This document shows positions 37,939 through 51,222 of a stretch of DNA of 64,000 nt, piece after piece. Position numbers and translations under genes: made by a program. The stretch's first letter is position 1. Each line of letters opens with the position of its first letter. The notes under the pieces were generated by a model that saw only the letters and a program-made list of their open reading frames with translations, had not been told where the DNA came from and searched no databases. Location: assembly GCF_964204645.1 (NCBI RefSeq), contig NC_134032.1:15240275-15304274 (forward strand). Reading direction: 5' to 3'. The DNA comes from Tubulanus polymorphus. Its lineage: Eukaryota > Animalia > Nemertea.

Positions 37939-39913
37939 AAAAAAAGTTTTTTGAGAAAAACTTTGAAATCACTCATAGAATTGAGTCTAAAAATGTCGAA
38001 ACCGTTCATTATTTCGTATCACGAACATTGTTTTAATTTTACTACTGTTCTTACTGCCGATGTCGGCGGCGTTAAAACAGACTGCAAACAGTACTAATTA
38101 CACTGGGAGTCTATTGCCGTTAAATCTGCATAAAACGGCTATACCAGTATTTACACGAACTTCTGTTCAAATTGTTGCGATAAAATATATCAGAATATAT
38201 CAGAACGATCTAGGTCGCTGGTCGCATCTGTTCGTAATGGTTCCAATATCTGTGACAGCACCACAAAAAGAAAGTCTTAAAAGTCTGAGAAATGGTTTTG
38301 TACTGTTCGTCTGGGCACGTCACGCAAATAGACATTGACGAAACACTCGCCGAGTCCGTGTTGTAAAGATGATATAAAATACTAAAAATGAAGGGTCTCA
38401 TTGAGCTGAACACGACACCATCGATGTCCGGTTCGATTTTACAAGAGATTTTGTGGCGTCAAAGATGCATACGCCATCTAGCGGAAATTTGTTCGATTAC
38501 TTTTTCAAGTTGCAATAGATTTATCGATCTAAATGAAAACTAGATCAACACAATCAATCAATAAGAAATAATTAGTCGATGTTTTATTCGTCAAATTCAA
38601 GTTTTATTTTTCTCGACCAATTAAGATCTACCCTATAAATAACCTTAATCTAGCCTAGATAACCTAAATCCAGTCTAAATAACCTAAACCCAGTATTAAT
38701 AGCTTTAATTCAGGCCAGGTCATCTCTTGGTCGTGTTAGTTAGATATAAGAATCGAAGAACCTAGTTTCGAATAAACAGTACCCTCAACCTTTCCTGTCC
38801 TTCTACAGCGCCCCCTTTTAGTTCAGTTAGACGAAACAAAGTCAGATTCAAAAGGGCTAAAGGAGGGTGCCCGACATTCACCCTGTAGCCTGGAGGGGGA
38901 TGCCTGACAAATTTCCTGTTAATTACTGTTAATTACTGAGATTTATTCATTATCATATGTTATTATCTTTATTTTCAGATATCTATCGATTCGATATTCA
39001 CACGATCACGAATCGAAGATCAGCAGCGACGGATCCAACCGGCACTAGGAATATCCGACAAAATATTCCTCGAACAATTGAAATAAAAAACGCGAAATTC
39101 CGTGAACAAGTCGAAGAGGATTAAGTTTGATTTGGAATAATTGAGATTATCGTGCTGTTTATAATAGAGATCAATTTTGATTGTTGCTGACGCGTAGAAT
39201 AACACGAGTAGAATATAGTCGATGATAACAGTGCGAGTTGTTCCCGGATTAATTACGCTGGCAACGTTTTTCAATTAACGCTCGAGATTGGCGGCGACGG
39301 CGGCGGCGGTGCAACGTATACAGCGCTTTAATCAACGTTAAAATCGACGCCAACACGCAACAGTTACACATACGTTAACGCTGCATTAAAAAACACAACG
39401 TTAACAACCGCTATTAAACAATACCCGCCATTGTTGCCTAAACGTGAACGCGTCAATTTCTTTTTTGTAGAAATGACACATTTTCGGGCCAAATCGTTCG
39501 GGGCCAAGAGCTTGAACCGAACGCGGCTTTTCCATAATAAAATGTGACCGCGATGAACTAGAGATTCTAGCCGAGTCACGTGATAATAAATATGGTAATT
39601 TATGCGTAAAAGAATTACAGGCTGTTCGATCTAAAAAAAGAAAAAACTGCGGTGATGTACATAATTGTGTATTTATGTCGTATTTTAGTATCACGGTGAA
39701 TATCCGGGGAGCTGTAGGGGTTAACGCTTCACTGATATTGTTTCGTTAATCATACGTTCGTTGTTGCAAAAATGAACGTCTTCAGAAACCGTCACCGGCG
39801 TTGATTTAAAGCGTCGATTGTTGTAAAACAAATATGACGTTCCGGGACGTTTTATAAATTTGTTTTCTTTTCGTGTGACGTAATACACGTAAACGCTGGA
39901 TTTATAATCTAAG

Positions 39914-40226
39914 ATGACGTCGAAACATCGACCCGACGTAAAATTCAGCGTTAGCGCTTGCAGCAGCGATAGCGACGACGATGACGTCGTAACTAACGAT
40001 AACGTTTTAGACGGCAGTACGGTAGCGTTAAGCGTCAACGCTCCGGTAACGCGACGTTCCGGCAGCGGCGGCAGCGGTATCAGTAGTAAGAGTGGCAGCG
40101 GTAACGTAACGGGAATAATCAGATCTCACGTAAGCGGAGGATATTTCAACCCGGCCACAGATGTCACTAGTCCCGGTAGTTCGCCGTATAAACCAGAACG
40201 TAAGACGCTCAAAGTTGAGTTTATAG
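39914..40226 (+). CDS. KCNQ: KCNQ (Kv7) potassium channel, putative first coding exon (N-terminal tail)
   Basis: ORF MTSKHRPDVKF...KTLKVEFI ends at an AG|GTCAGT donor in phase 1. This joins in frame with the phase-1 acceptor at 43903 (G+GA=Gly), giving ..KVEFIGMEELE.. Confidence 0.7.
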
Positions 40227-41144
40227 GTCAGTAACAGAGCAAACAACTACGTTTTTAATTTTGATCTGTTCAGATGTCGTCATTTTTTTTCAGCTCGTTA
40301 CAATGGATTAATATAATTTCAATTGTTAACCGGGATTAATATACTACACCAGGTTATATAGGTCGCTTATAATTGACTATCGCGCAGAGCTTGATGCGAG
40401 TCTCTCAACGCGACAAGGGGAATTAGAATCTGTATGCGCGGTATTTGTGAACATCACGGACGTGTCCGGATTAAGATTTATTGTTTCTAATTTAGCGGGT
40501 CGAATTCAACGGCGTCTCCGTAGTGAATTCAGGATTTTAGCGCTATTCGTAAAAACAGGAAACAAATGCAGCATCTGTTTTAAGAGAAGATTTAAAATGC
40601 TATATTGTTGGTCAACTAATGCGTCTTAAGACAATCTGTAACCAACAAAATGCAGCATCTTCAAAGCTAGAAAATCGAGGAGTTTGATGCTATGACCACC
40701 GCCGACGAATGCAGCATTTCCGAAACCAGGAAATCAGGATTGTTAACACTATTTTCGCGACCCGGAACTTCGAGATTTTTAGGCAACTGATAAACAGCAA
40801 ACGCAGCATTTTCGCCGACCAGAAAATTCAGGATCTTGAAGACCATTGCAAATGCGGTATATCTTCGAACCACCAATAACTGACCACAATTGTAGGAAAT
40901 TCAGGACAAAAATATTGATGATAATAATTACTATTATAATGATAACAATGATAATCTATTTCGATAAAACTTTACATTTACTCATTAAGAGATAAAAATT
41001 ATAGAAATTATGAAATATTCTGATATAAAGTGGAGGATTAGGCTATAGTATAGCACCTTTCAATTCGGGAACTACACAAGAGTTTGACGCTTTTGCAGGC
41101 CAACAAGTGCAGTATCTTCGATACCATCATAAGTAGGCAAAATA

Positions 41145-41380
41145 GGCAGGATAAAGTAGGCAAAATAGGCAAAGAAAGTGGGCAAAATAGGCAAGAGAAA
41201 GGAGGCAAAATAGGCAAGAGAAATTAGGCGAAATAGGCAAGAGAAGGTGGGCAAAATAGACAAGAGAAGGTGGGCAAAATAGGCAAGAGAAAGGAGGCAA
41301 AATAGGCAAGAGAAAGGAGGCGAAATAGACAAGAGAAAGTGGGCAAAATAGACAAGAGAAGGTGGGCAAAATAGGCAAGA
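41145..41380. repeat. ~23-bp purine-rich minisatellite
   Basis: GGCAAAATAGGCAAGAGAAAGGA repeated about 10 times. Confidence 0.9.
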
Positions 41381-41744
41381 AACGAATATATCTCCTTTTT
41401 GTGCACGCGCGTTGGTTTTTTTCGAACAATTTTTTCGTTAATGTCAACACAAAAAGCCGCAGCTATAGTCAATCTGTCGTATTGTAGGCCCCCAACTATC
41501 ACCGCTGCTGGTACCGGTTACTCGATTTACCGGATAAATAGCACACATCGCGCGCATATTCACAGATTGCGGCACACGTTTTAAGGATGTACACGATTTA
41601 AGTAACGATTTAACGGTTGGTTTTTGTCATCTTTTACGAATGTGATTTATAAACATCGCCATGACCGGCAGTTGGTGAGAGGGTCATAAAGGTAACCAGT
41701 GGATAGTTGATAATACAAAATGGCATTATTAACACAATTTTTAT

Positions 41745-42090
41745 CTGGAACCAGTTCCAAAGCTCTGAACCCAGTTCAACAGTTCTGGACTCAGTTCCAC
41801 AGTTCTGAACCCAGTTCAACAGTTCTGAACCAAGTTCCACAGTGCTGGACTCAGTTCCACAGTCCTTGACCCAGTTCCACAGTTCTGAATCCAGTTCCAC
41901 AGTTCTAGATCCAGTTCCAAAGCTCTGAACCCAGTTCCACAGTTCTGGATCCAGTGCCACAGTTCTGGATCCAGTTCCACAGTTCCGGACTCAGTTCCAC
42001 AGTTCTGGACTCAGTTCCACAGTTCTGGACTCAGTTCCACAGGTTCTGGATTCAGTTCCGCATTTTGTAACTGTGGAATTGAATCCTTTA
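41745..42090. repeat. 20-bp satellite ending in an inverted copy
   Basis: Same family as 17500-18135; closes with GGATTCAGTTCCGCA..TGTGGAATTGAATCC. Confidence 0.9.
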
Positions 42091-43164
42091 CTTTATCCAA
42101 TTTATAAATCCAATTAACGTTCCCAGAATCCGAATTCTAAGTCTATCATCTGTTGAACCGGATCAGTTGTGAGTAAAGATTCAAACTCATCGAAACTGAA
42201 CTAATCTCAATTCAATTTATAGTTTAAACTCTAACTCAAATAATTATGGAACTGGATCCAGAAGGGTTTTATGCTAGAATGTGTTGTTCATTAAAAATAG
42301 ATTTTAGAAAAAAATCCCTTTTTTCTAAAAATATTGACAACATTAAAAAAAAACATTTCAAAAGGCTCGTGATCAAAATCAGATGATATTGTATCGAACT
42401 TGCGTGTTTAAATTTGTCTCGTTATATCACGTCCGATCTCGCTTTTTCACGTTAACGTTCTCACAGAAATGAATCCATTGTCGGAATACATGTAATATCG
42501 ATTTTTCTGTTTTCAAACGTAAAAAATCTCGATGAAAATAGGGCGTAAAAAAACTACCGCTGCTAAGTGTGTTATTGATAATTAATTTGTCGGTGATATG
42601 ATACGGGAACAGCCTATAAATAGTTTCAACGCGGCGTTATATTGTTATATTTGAATATTTTCGATGAACTGAGATGATTTATGAACTATATTCGCCGGTG
42701 TGATACTGAAATAGCTATTTGTAGTATAATTATCATACAACAATGTAACATGCGGTTTCCCGTGGTTACATTTCGATTTTATCTTTTAATAGAATAATAG
42801 CCCCGTACGATACGCGTGGAGATAATGCATGGTAGAATAAAAACCAACTATTTATAAATCTAAAACATTGAAAATGAAATTTATTAACTATATCAAAGGT
42901 TTAAGAGGCTATTGGTAATAATAAAACAGTCCGGTTCACTCAGACGGGTAGAACAGATTCTATATATAAATTTGAAACATTAGAAATGAAATTAATTTCC
43001 TAAATCAAAAGTTAAAGAGACTATTGGTAATAATAGAATATCTCGGTCCACTCAGACGTGGAGAATAGATTAAACAAACTATATAAATTTGAAGAATACT
43101 AAAAAATAGGAAATTAAACTCCAAGAATTAAATTAGGAAACTCAAGATACACTCGAACTGTTAC

Positions 43165-43350
43165 TAGAGGCCTTCGCCAGGTGTGAATAAATACATAAAA
43201 CAAAGGATCTTTTTATAAACAGCGGAACAAGTGAATTCCTGAGTTTCACACCTGATGATGGCCTCTCTAGAAAGAGAGGGAGAGTGAAAATGCGTCAGCT
43301 AATTTCTTATTCTGAATTTTGATGAATAAATTTCGTGTTTAATCTTCTAA
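43165..43350 (+). mobile_element. Penelope-like remnant with degenerate hammerhead-like motif
   Basis: CTGATGA-T-GG-CCTCTCT-agaa-AGAGAGG..GAAAATGCGTC then AATAAA; inverted partner GCCTTCGCCAGGTGTGAA / TTCACACCTGA nearby. Confidence 0.45.
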
Positions 43351-43902
43351 ATTTGTAAACGGGGTGTAATCAATTCTGAATAAACGACTTTGGGTGAACA
43401 AGCCGCCGGTCAATCAGACCTCATCACTACAGGATTCATTGGTTCGGATCCTAGTTTCCTCACTGGTCTATCGGCATAACGCGCAGCGTGCAACTCATCC
43501 GATGAGGCCAGGGGGCGCTGGTGTAAGCGAGTTCGGGGAGATACCGGACCCCTGGCAAGCGAGCGAGGATGGTTATACCGGGCTATTCTACTGACTAGCC
43601 ATGATTTCCGAACATTCGTGTGAAGTGACTTAATATCTGCTTTTTACTGTTCCCTCCCAGTCTATTTCTGTTCATGTATAATGTGAAATATATCAATTTA
43701 TTTATCCATTTATCTATAGACTTATATTGAAATTTCTATCCATGTTTATCAGTGTATCACGGGCGATAGTGATATTACTTTATAGTTAAATGAAATTGTA
43801 AAGGAAAATAAAGATGATGATAGGACTTATAGTCTTGAAAATATTTTACGTATTATTTCAATGAATTTTAAATGAATTTCATTAATTATTTTCGTTTTTC
43901 AG

Positions 43903-44131
43903 GAATGGAAGAACTAGAACGGAATTCGATTAAACGCATTGACGGATTTGATAAACAAGATGGCGGTATCAAACGTTCGCGTTTAAGGGAACCTAGACTA
44001 TCGCTGCTGGGTAAACCTATTAATTACAAGGCCCACAAAAGGGATATACGATACAGGCGATTACAGGCTAAAGTTTACAATTTTCTGGAGCGGCCGAAAG
44101 ACTGGAAATCTATCACTTATCATTTACTTGT
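43903..44131 (+). CDS. KCNQ: KCNQ (Kv7) potassium channel exon encoding the pre-S1 region and start of S1
   Basis: PRLSLLGKPINYKAHKRDIRYRRLQAKVYNFLERPKDWKSITYHLLV matches the SLLGKP..Y..RYRRLQ..YNFLERP..YH signature of KCNQ2-5/Drosophila KCNQ. Acceptor TTTTTCAG|; phase-2 donor GT|GTAAGT at the conserved position. Confidence 0.95.
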
Positions 44132-44551
44132 GTAAGTAGAATTAGAATTTCTAGAATTTCTTTATTTTTAAAATCTGATTTTCACCAGACTGAAATTATT
44201 TCAGATCGTAGCCGAGCAGCGCTCAAAACAGTTCTTAAATTCACATTGTTACTAGATCATTGCTCGTCTTTTTCGATCAACTCAGCTTAATCATTTTTGA
44301 GATTTTGAGAATGTGAGTCGATATATCTAGAAATGCGAATATCATTTTTACGGTAAAGTTATAATTGATTACCGGGAGCTGTAATCCCAGTGAGAGTAAT
44401 CCCTACTTTCAATGATTTATGGTGACGAATATCGAATTGAGATATTTTTTCGTGGAAATTTAATTTTCAACAGCGATACAACGAAATAGATTCTTCTGTG
44501 TAGGTTTTAACAGCGATACAGCGAAATAGATTCTTCTGTAAAGGCCCCGAC

Positions 44552-44660
44552 CCTGGCATTGGCCGAGTGGTATAAGCCGCCGATCAATCTAGAGCTCATG
44601 GGTTCGTATCCTGGTCGGTCCGGGTTCCTGGTGGCCACAGAAAATTCATCTATCACCAGA
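44552..44660 (+). mobile_element. tRNA-derived SINE head or tRNA pseudogene
   Basis: A box TGGCCGAGTGG (44560-44570) and B box GGTTCGTATCC (44601-44611) at tRNA-like spacing, without a closing cloverleaf. Confidence 0.6.
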
Positions 44661-45282
44661 ATCCAGTTCCATAGTTGTTCTACAACCCTATCTACCGCTA
44701 TCCGGCGGATGGTCAATCGAATTCCTAGCAACGTGCCAACCACCCCCAGGTGCGCGCCCCCTGGTGTGTCGTTCGACTGATTAGTTTGTTATTGCGTGGC
44801 TGAATTGACAGTGAGGAGATATCTATAGAGACTATGTACGGCGTTGTATACTAATCGACCTTCGGTAACTCCCTCATTAGCGAACGCCGCCCTAGTTCTC
44901 TCATTAATTACTATATTTATTCATTATCTCTACCATTCGTATTCCATATCACCGCAAAATTTAACACCGCCATCAGTTATGTATAAGCATATTTATTCTA
45001 CGTTCCGCCACAGGCTATGCGGCGTTTAATGTCTCTACTTTTGTTTGCGATAGATGTTTAAAAAGTTACCGGCGAAAAAAAACCGCGTAGAACTGATAAT
45101 GCAAACAATTTTAGCTTTGAAAAATCTGAAGTTAGTTTCCACATAAACACAAACATGTGTTATGTGTCATACCGGACGTCAAATGGCCGTCAAATTATGA
45201 TTTTAGTCAGCAGTAGCTTGTATTTTACGCTCTAAAAATTGGAAACATTTCATATCGAGAGGGGAAAGAGGGGAGGGGGAGG

Positions 45283-45932
45283 TTAGTCTGGTGTGCCAAA
45301 CCTTGGCTTACCGGTCAGTTTAGTCTGGTGTGCCAACCCTTGGCTTTCCGGTCAGTTAAGTCTGGTGTGCCAAACCTTGGCTTACCGGTCAGTTTAGTCT
45401 GGTGTGCCAAACCTTGGCTTACCGGTCGGTTTAGTCTGGTGTGCCAAACCTTGGCTTACCGGTCGGTTTAGTCTGGTGTGCCAAACCTTGGCTTACTGGT
45501 CAGTTTAGTCTGGTGTGCCAAACCTTGGCTTACCGGTCAGTTTAGTCTGGTGTGCCAAACCGTGGCTTACCGGTTAGATTAGTCTGGTGTGCCAAACCTT
45601 GGCTTACCGGTCAGTTTGGTCTGGTGTGCCAAACCTTGGCTTACCGGTCAGTTTAGTCTGGTGTGCCAAACCTTGGCTTACCGGTTAGTTTAGTCTGGCG
45701 TGCCAAACCTTGGCTTACCGGTCAGTTTGGTCTGGTGTGCCAAACCTTGGCTTACCGGTCAGTTTAGTCTGGTGTGCCAAACCTTGGCTTACCGGTCAGT
45801 TTAGTCTGGTGTGCCAAACCTTGGCTTACCGGTCAGTTTAGTCTGGTGTGCCAAACCTTGGCTTACCGGTCAGTTTAGTCTGGTGTGCCAAACCTTGGCT
45901 TACCGGTCAGTTTAGTCTGGTGTGCCAAACCT
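45283..45932. repeat. 37-bp minisatellite
   Basis: TTAGTCTGGTGTGCCAAACCTTGGCTTACCGGTCAGT repeated about 17 times; internal GCCAA/TTGGC hairpin. Confidence 0.96.
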
Positions 45933-46072
45933 CGGTCGGTAATTATATTTTTCCCACATTGTACGTAGTTCATAATGATGCAAATGTAAATGAACCGATT
46001 TGCAATAATTTGCGCATCTAGAATAGAATTGAAAACTCAAAACAACGATACCATCATCAGCATCAGCAGCAT

Positions 46073-46105
<33 letters not shown>

Positions 46106-47594
46106 TGTTCCATATATTTCCCAACGGTTTTGAATTTCGAATTCAGTTCGCGTGCGCGCGCGGCGTTATATATTTACCATTAAAAAATTGACATATTGTC
46201 CCCGTCCGTTATAAAGGCCATGTACTCGATCGAATACGAGTTGATTACACAACTCTGTCGATGATCCAGAGGTAACTCGTCGTTCACGCACACGCGCGTG
46301 TTCCCCTGTTGATAATTTTATACCCGATTCACGTACATTCTCGCAATTCATTAACGAGAAATCTCGAGATTTAAATATCTATTATGTATGCGCCGATGTA
46401 TTGCAGCGACCCTCGCGGGGTTTCCCCCAGTGGGGATTCCCCGCCATCGTTTACTTCGTTACAGAAGCGATCAGTTTTAATAGGTGCAATTCGAGTGATC
46501 AAACACCAGTGATCGTTATTCGATCGACTTCGAGGATTCGGAAAATAGCTTAGAAGAATTAAATCAGTAATTAGGGAATTGATATCGAGTATGTGCTAGG
46601 TGGCGCTAGTGTGAAATCAGCCTTCTAAACAAACTGGTAATGCTACTAATGCTAAGTTCCACTAGGTGGCGCTAGTGTTGAGGAAAATGTGTAAATGTCA
46701 GTCTTTAACACGCACTGGTACATCGGTATTTCGGAGGTCCGCTAGGCGGCGCTAATGTTAAGTAGGTTTTACACGAAATGTTACTGTGGCAATCGAGGGT
46801 CCGCTAGAGGCGTTCTAGTGCTCGCGATGATTTTCTAATCGATAACCAATAGAGGCTCGATAGTACCGTGCAACTGTGACAATTAAATCGAGGGCTGTCC
46901 GCTAGGTGGCGCTATCGTGTGAAATTCCGCTAGGTGGCGCGAAATACGAGCAGCGTCAATGACCTGGAATTAGGGCGAATAGAAACTTCTGCGACGACAA
47001 AAAAATCTCGTATGGAAAATTTGTCGGTAAATTTAAGCTCGATGTTGATGACATACTTATACTGTATTACAGCAGCACAGTCGTAGGTACTCAATTAACG
47101 GCGCACCGTCATGCCGCGCGTTATCGACCAATCTCTGAAATTACTCTTCTTCGAGTATTTTGACATTTCCTTCTCTCCTTCCTAAAAATCGATTCGCGTT
47201 AGGAAAATAATTAAGGAAACGTGTTTTTTTTTCGCTTTTCAAGTCGGGAATCTCTAACATCTAACGTTCGAGTATTGCTATAATTGGAGTCAGTCTGTGC
47301 GTATTCAGGCGTTTTAAAGTACAACAGATGTCATCGTTGTTGTCGAGTGCAACCGTTCGATTTGAATTTCAAATTAAGCGCACCTGTTGTTGCCGCACCT
47401 GTTCTATTTACGGCGATATACCATTTAATTGCCGCGCTGTGTCAAATCGTAAGAGGTATACGTTATAACCGTTAGAAAATCGATAGAACCAGTTTGAATT
47501 ACGGAATGGTGACCTTAATCTAGACACAAAATATATTGCATCAGACAGAAATGATTGTGGCAGCGTGCCACATCTTAGATGTAAAAATGATTCA

Positions 47595-47665
47595 TGCATC
47601 GGCCGGGAATCGAACCCGGGCCCCCCGCGTGGCAGGCGAGAATTCTACCACTGAACCACCGATGC
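47595..47665 (-). tRNA. tRNA-Gly(GCC), copy 9 (within presumed KCNQ intron)
   Basis: Exact reverse complement of the 71-nt gene. Confidence 0.97.
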
Positions 47666-48637
47666 TTCTTGGTGACAAGCCTTGATTAAAATCTCTATAT
47701 AGACTTCGCTCGACAGTTGCACTGACGTCACCACCGCGACCTATAGACCTCCGAAGGCGTCGAGTGTATTGTACATGTGCGTAGAGTACGCGTGACCTTT
47801 CTGTCATCGGTGTACCGCCTGCGCGGGCGTCCGTTAATCATCGTGACGTCCATTATGACGCGTTAAGTGCCATGGCGGTCGAGAGACAAAATTTAAGTCA
47901 AAATCGAAGAAATGAGAGGTGTGAATTGTCATAGTGCCATATTTCAAGGACAGAAAGAAATTGATATTCTTCATTTTTAATTATTCGTCTTTAAAAACAT
48001 CATCTACAGAATACATAGAAATTCCATATCGATTGAAGTGGATATATGAAAAAATTCATATCTTTCTAAGTTGCGCTGCCAGCCCGAAGCACAAACACTT
48101 CCTAAACATATTTATGGAGTAAGTATCTAAGATACCTTAAACCTGATACAATGCCTAAAAATCAATCGTTCGCAAAGCCAGTACCTGCGGCAGCAGCAGC
48201 AACAGCAACGGCACCAGCACCAGCATCATCAACACCGGTACCTAGCACCAGTACCAGTAAAATTAGCACCAGTACCACCAGTACCAGCAAAAAGTACCAG
48301 TAATGGCAGCACCAGAAGCAGAACCTCCCTATCCACGGTACTTCAATATTGATTTAACAAACCATTCTAATACGTCAATTAAATTAGATCGCGTGCATTT
48401 GGAAAAAAATCCAATCGAGTCTGGATTTCACTAACAATCTCTCTCCGGGTGCGGCGGCTGTTGTTGTGAGGCAGAGGGTTTTATAAGTGCCACTCGCTAC
48501 CGAGGTAGAATCATTATCACGATCGATACCGCAGTTGTTATAACACAAGCTAAGTTCGTGTTGAGGGTCGACCTCGTGAACCCGAATCAAAATGTTATAA
48601 CCCACCGGAGTCGATACTGGAAAAATGGACAGGTCCT

Positions 48638-49805
48638 TGTTAGATTGGCTATAGAACTAAAATGAGTTTAGACTGGTCTTAAGTTGTTAGATTGGTTATA
48701 GAACTAAAATGAGCTTAGACTGGTCTTAAGTTGTTAGATTGGTTATAGAACCAAAATGAGTTTAGACTGGTCTTAAGTTGTTAGATTGGCTATAGAACTA
48801 AAATGAGCTTAGACTGGTCTTAAGTTGTTAGATTGGCTATAGAACTAAAATGAGCTTAGACTGGTCTTAAGTTGTTAGATTGGCTATGGAACTAAAATGA
48901 GCTTAGACTGGTCTTAAGTTGTTAGATTGGTTATAGAACTAGAATGAGTTTAGACTGGTCTTAAGTTGTTAGATTGGCTATAGAACTAAAATGAGCTTAG
49001 ACTGGTCTTAAGTTGTTAGATTGGCTATAGAACTAAAATGAGCTTAGACTGGTCTTAAGTTGTTAGATTGTTTATAGAACTAGAATGAGCTTAGACTGGT
49101 CTTAAGTTGTTAGATTGGCTATAGAACTAAAATGAGCTTAGACTGGTCTTAAGTTGTTAGATTGTTTATAGAACTAGAATGAGCTTAGACTGGTCTTAAG
49201 TTGTTAGATTGGCTATAGAACTAAAATGAGCTTAGACTGGTCTTAAGTTGTTAGATTGGTTATAGAACTAAAATGAGCTTAGACTGGTCTTAAGTTGTTA
49301 GATTGTTTATAGAACCAAAATGAGTTTAGACTGGTCTTAAGTTGTTAGATTGGTTATAGAACTAAAATGAGCTTAGACTGGTCTTAAGTTGTTAGATTGG
49401 TTATAGAACTAAAATGAGTTTAGACTGGTCTTAAGTTGTTAGATTGGTTATAGAACTAAAATGAGCTTAGACTGGTCTTAAGTTGTTAGATTGGTTATAG
49501 AACTAAAATGAGTTTACACTGGTTTTAAGTTGTTAGATTGGTAATAGAACTAAAATTAGCTTAGACTGGTCTTAAGTTGTTAGATTGGCTATAGAACTAA
49601 AATGAGCTTAGACTGGTCTTAAGTTGTTAGATTGGTTATAGAACTAAAATGAGCTTAGACTGGTCTTAAGTTGTTAGATTGGTTATAGAACTAAAATGAG
49701 TTTACACTGGTCTTAAGTTGTTAGATTGGTTATAGAACTAAAATGAGCTTAGACTGGTCTTAAGTTGTTAGATTGGCTATGGAACTAAAATGACCTTAGA
49801 ATGGT
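48638..49805. repeat. 47-bp satellite, array 2
   Basis: Same unit and orientation as 35265-36490; about 25 copies. Confidence 0.96.
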
Positions 49806-50977
49806 CCAAAGTAATTAGAATGGTACTATTCATCCACCGGGTATCTTAAACCAACCGTAGAGCAACCACACATTCCCAGATGAGATCTGAATATTCGAAA
49901 GTCTAAAGAACTGGGGAGACCTGTGCAGCTGCGAGATATTAATAATAATAATACAAACCGTTAAAAATGTTTATCGATTTTCAATTTTTTCGTTGCTGTT
50001 CTTTTGGTTTGAATTATTTATATAAATCCACTGGTCCAATTTGTTATCATGCGCGGTGCAATTCCTCTCTGTTTTCAGCCCACGCACATAGTCCTGGGGT
50101 CGTATGCAAATTACATTCAAATGGGATACGCACGGTAGATGGCGCCACATTACGGTGCGGTGACCTATCGGGTATATAGTACATGATCGCATTTAAGATG
50201 GCGCACAGATGGCGCTACGATGCAGTGTTGTACAAAAACTACGCGTTAGAAAATTCTTAAAACTTTGCTCGTTGTCACATTTCGCAGACGGCGGCGATGG
50301 CGGCAGAACCTCCAGTTGACAAGACGATATTAAATTTCAAATTCCTTTCATACCGCGTTGACTTTTCGCGTCGCGTGTCAATCGCGGTACCCGATAACTC
50401 CGCGCGCCTGAACGCCGTATCTCAATAATATCTCGGCCAAGTCGAGAATGAAGTTAACTCGGATTATTATTACGATTATTATTATTACCATCGAGCTTCG
50501 CTTGGTCGCGTTTTTATTTTATCAATCATTTTTCGCGCAGTCGTCGCGGCCACGTAGGTTTAAATGATGTCGACGTGTTGTATGAGAATTAATTGAATCA
50601 GAGACGTCGCACGCTGCACACCCGACGCCGCTTCGCGCCTGCTGCGTGCGGTACTTTCATCTCCCAAGATTCAATCAAATAACCGAGAATTTTTAAAAGA
50701 TCCCCGAGATTACTTTTTCTAGTCGAGCGATAAAACCGAGAACGAAAGTTTGGTTGCAATTTCGAATAGTATCGCGAATTCCAGGGTCTTGTGGAGAAAG
50801 TTTGTAGGGATTTCGTTGTTTTACCAAAAGCGTCACTATGGAAACCGTGAGACTAAAAACACAATTCACGTTCAGGGCTTCCACACCCTAGCACCCACCA
50901 GCCTACCTGCACTTGAGACCGTTTTAGTATGAATGAAATATTGAAATTGAAAATACGGAACTTTTTCTCCAGAAATG

Positions 50978-51222
50978 CAGTACGCGCTACGGGGCAGTAC
51001 GTGATGCGGGGCAGTGCGTGATGCGGGGCAGTACGTGATGCGGGGCAGTACGTGATGTGGGGCAGTACGCGATGTGGGGCAGTACTCACTGCGGGGCAGT
51101 ACGTGATGCGGGGCAGTACGTGATGCGGGGCAGTACGCGATGCGGGGCAGTACGCGCTGCGGGGCAGTACGCGCTACGGGGCAGTACGGGCTACGGGGCA
51201 GTACGGGCTACGGGGCAGTACG
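50978..51222. repeat. 17-bp minisatellite (GCGGGGCAGTACGTGAT)n
   Basis: About 14 copies. Confidence 0.93.
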
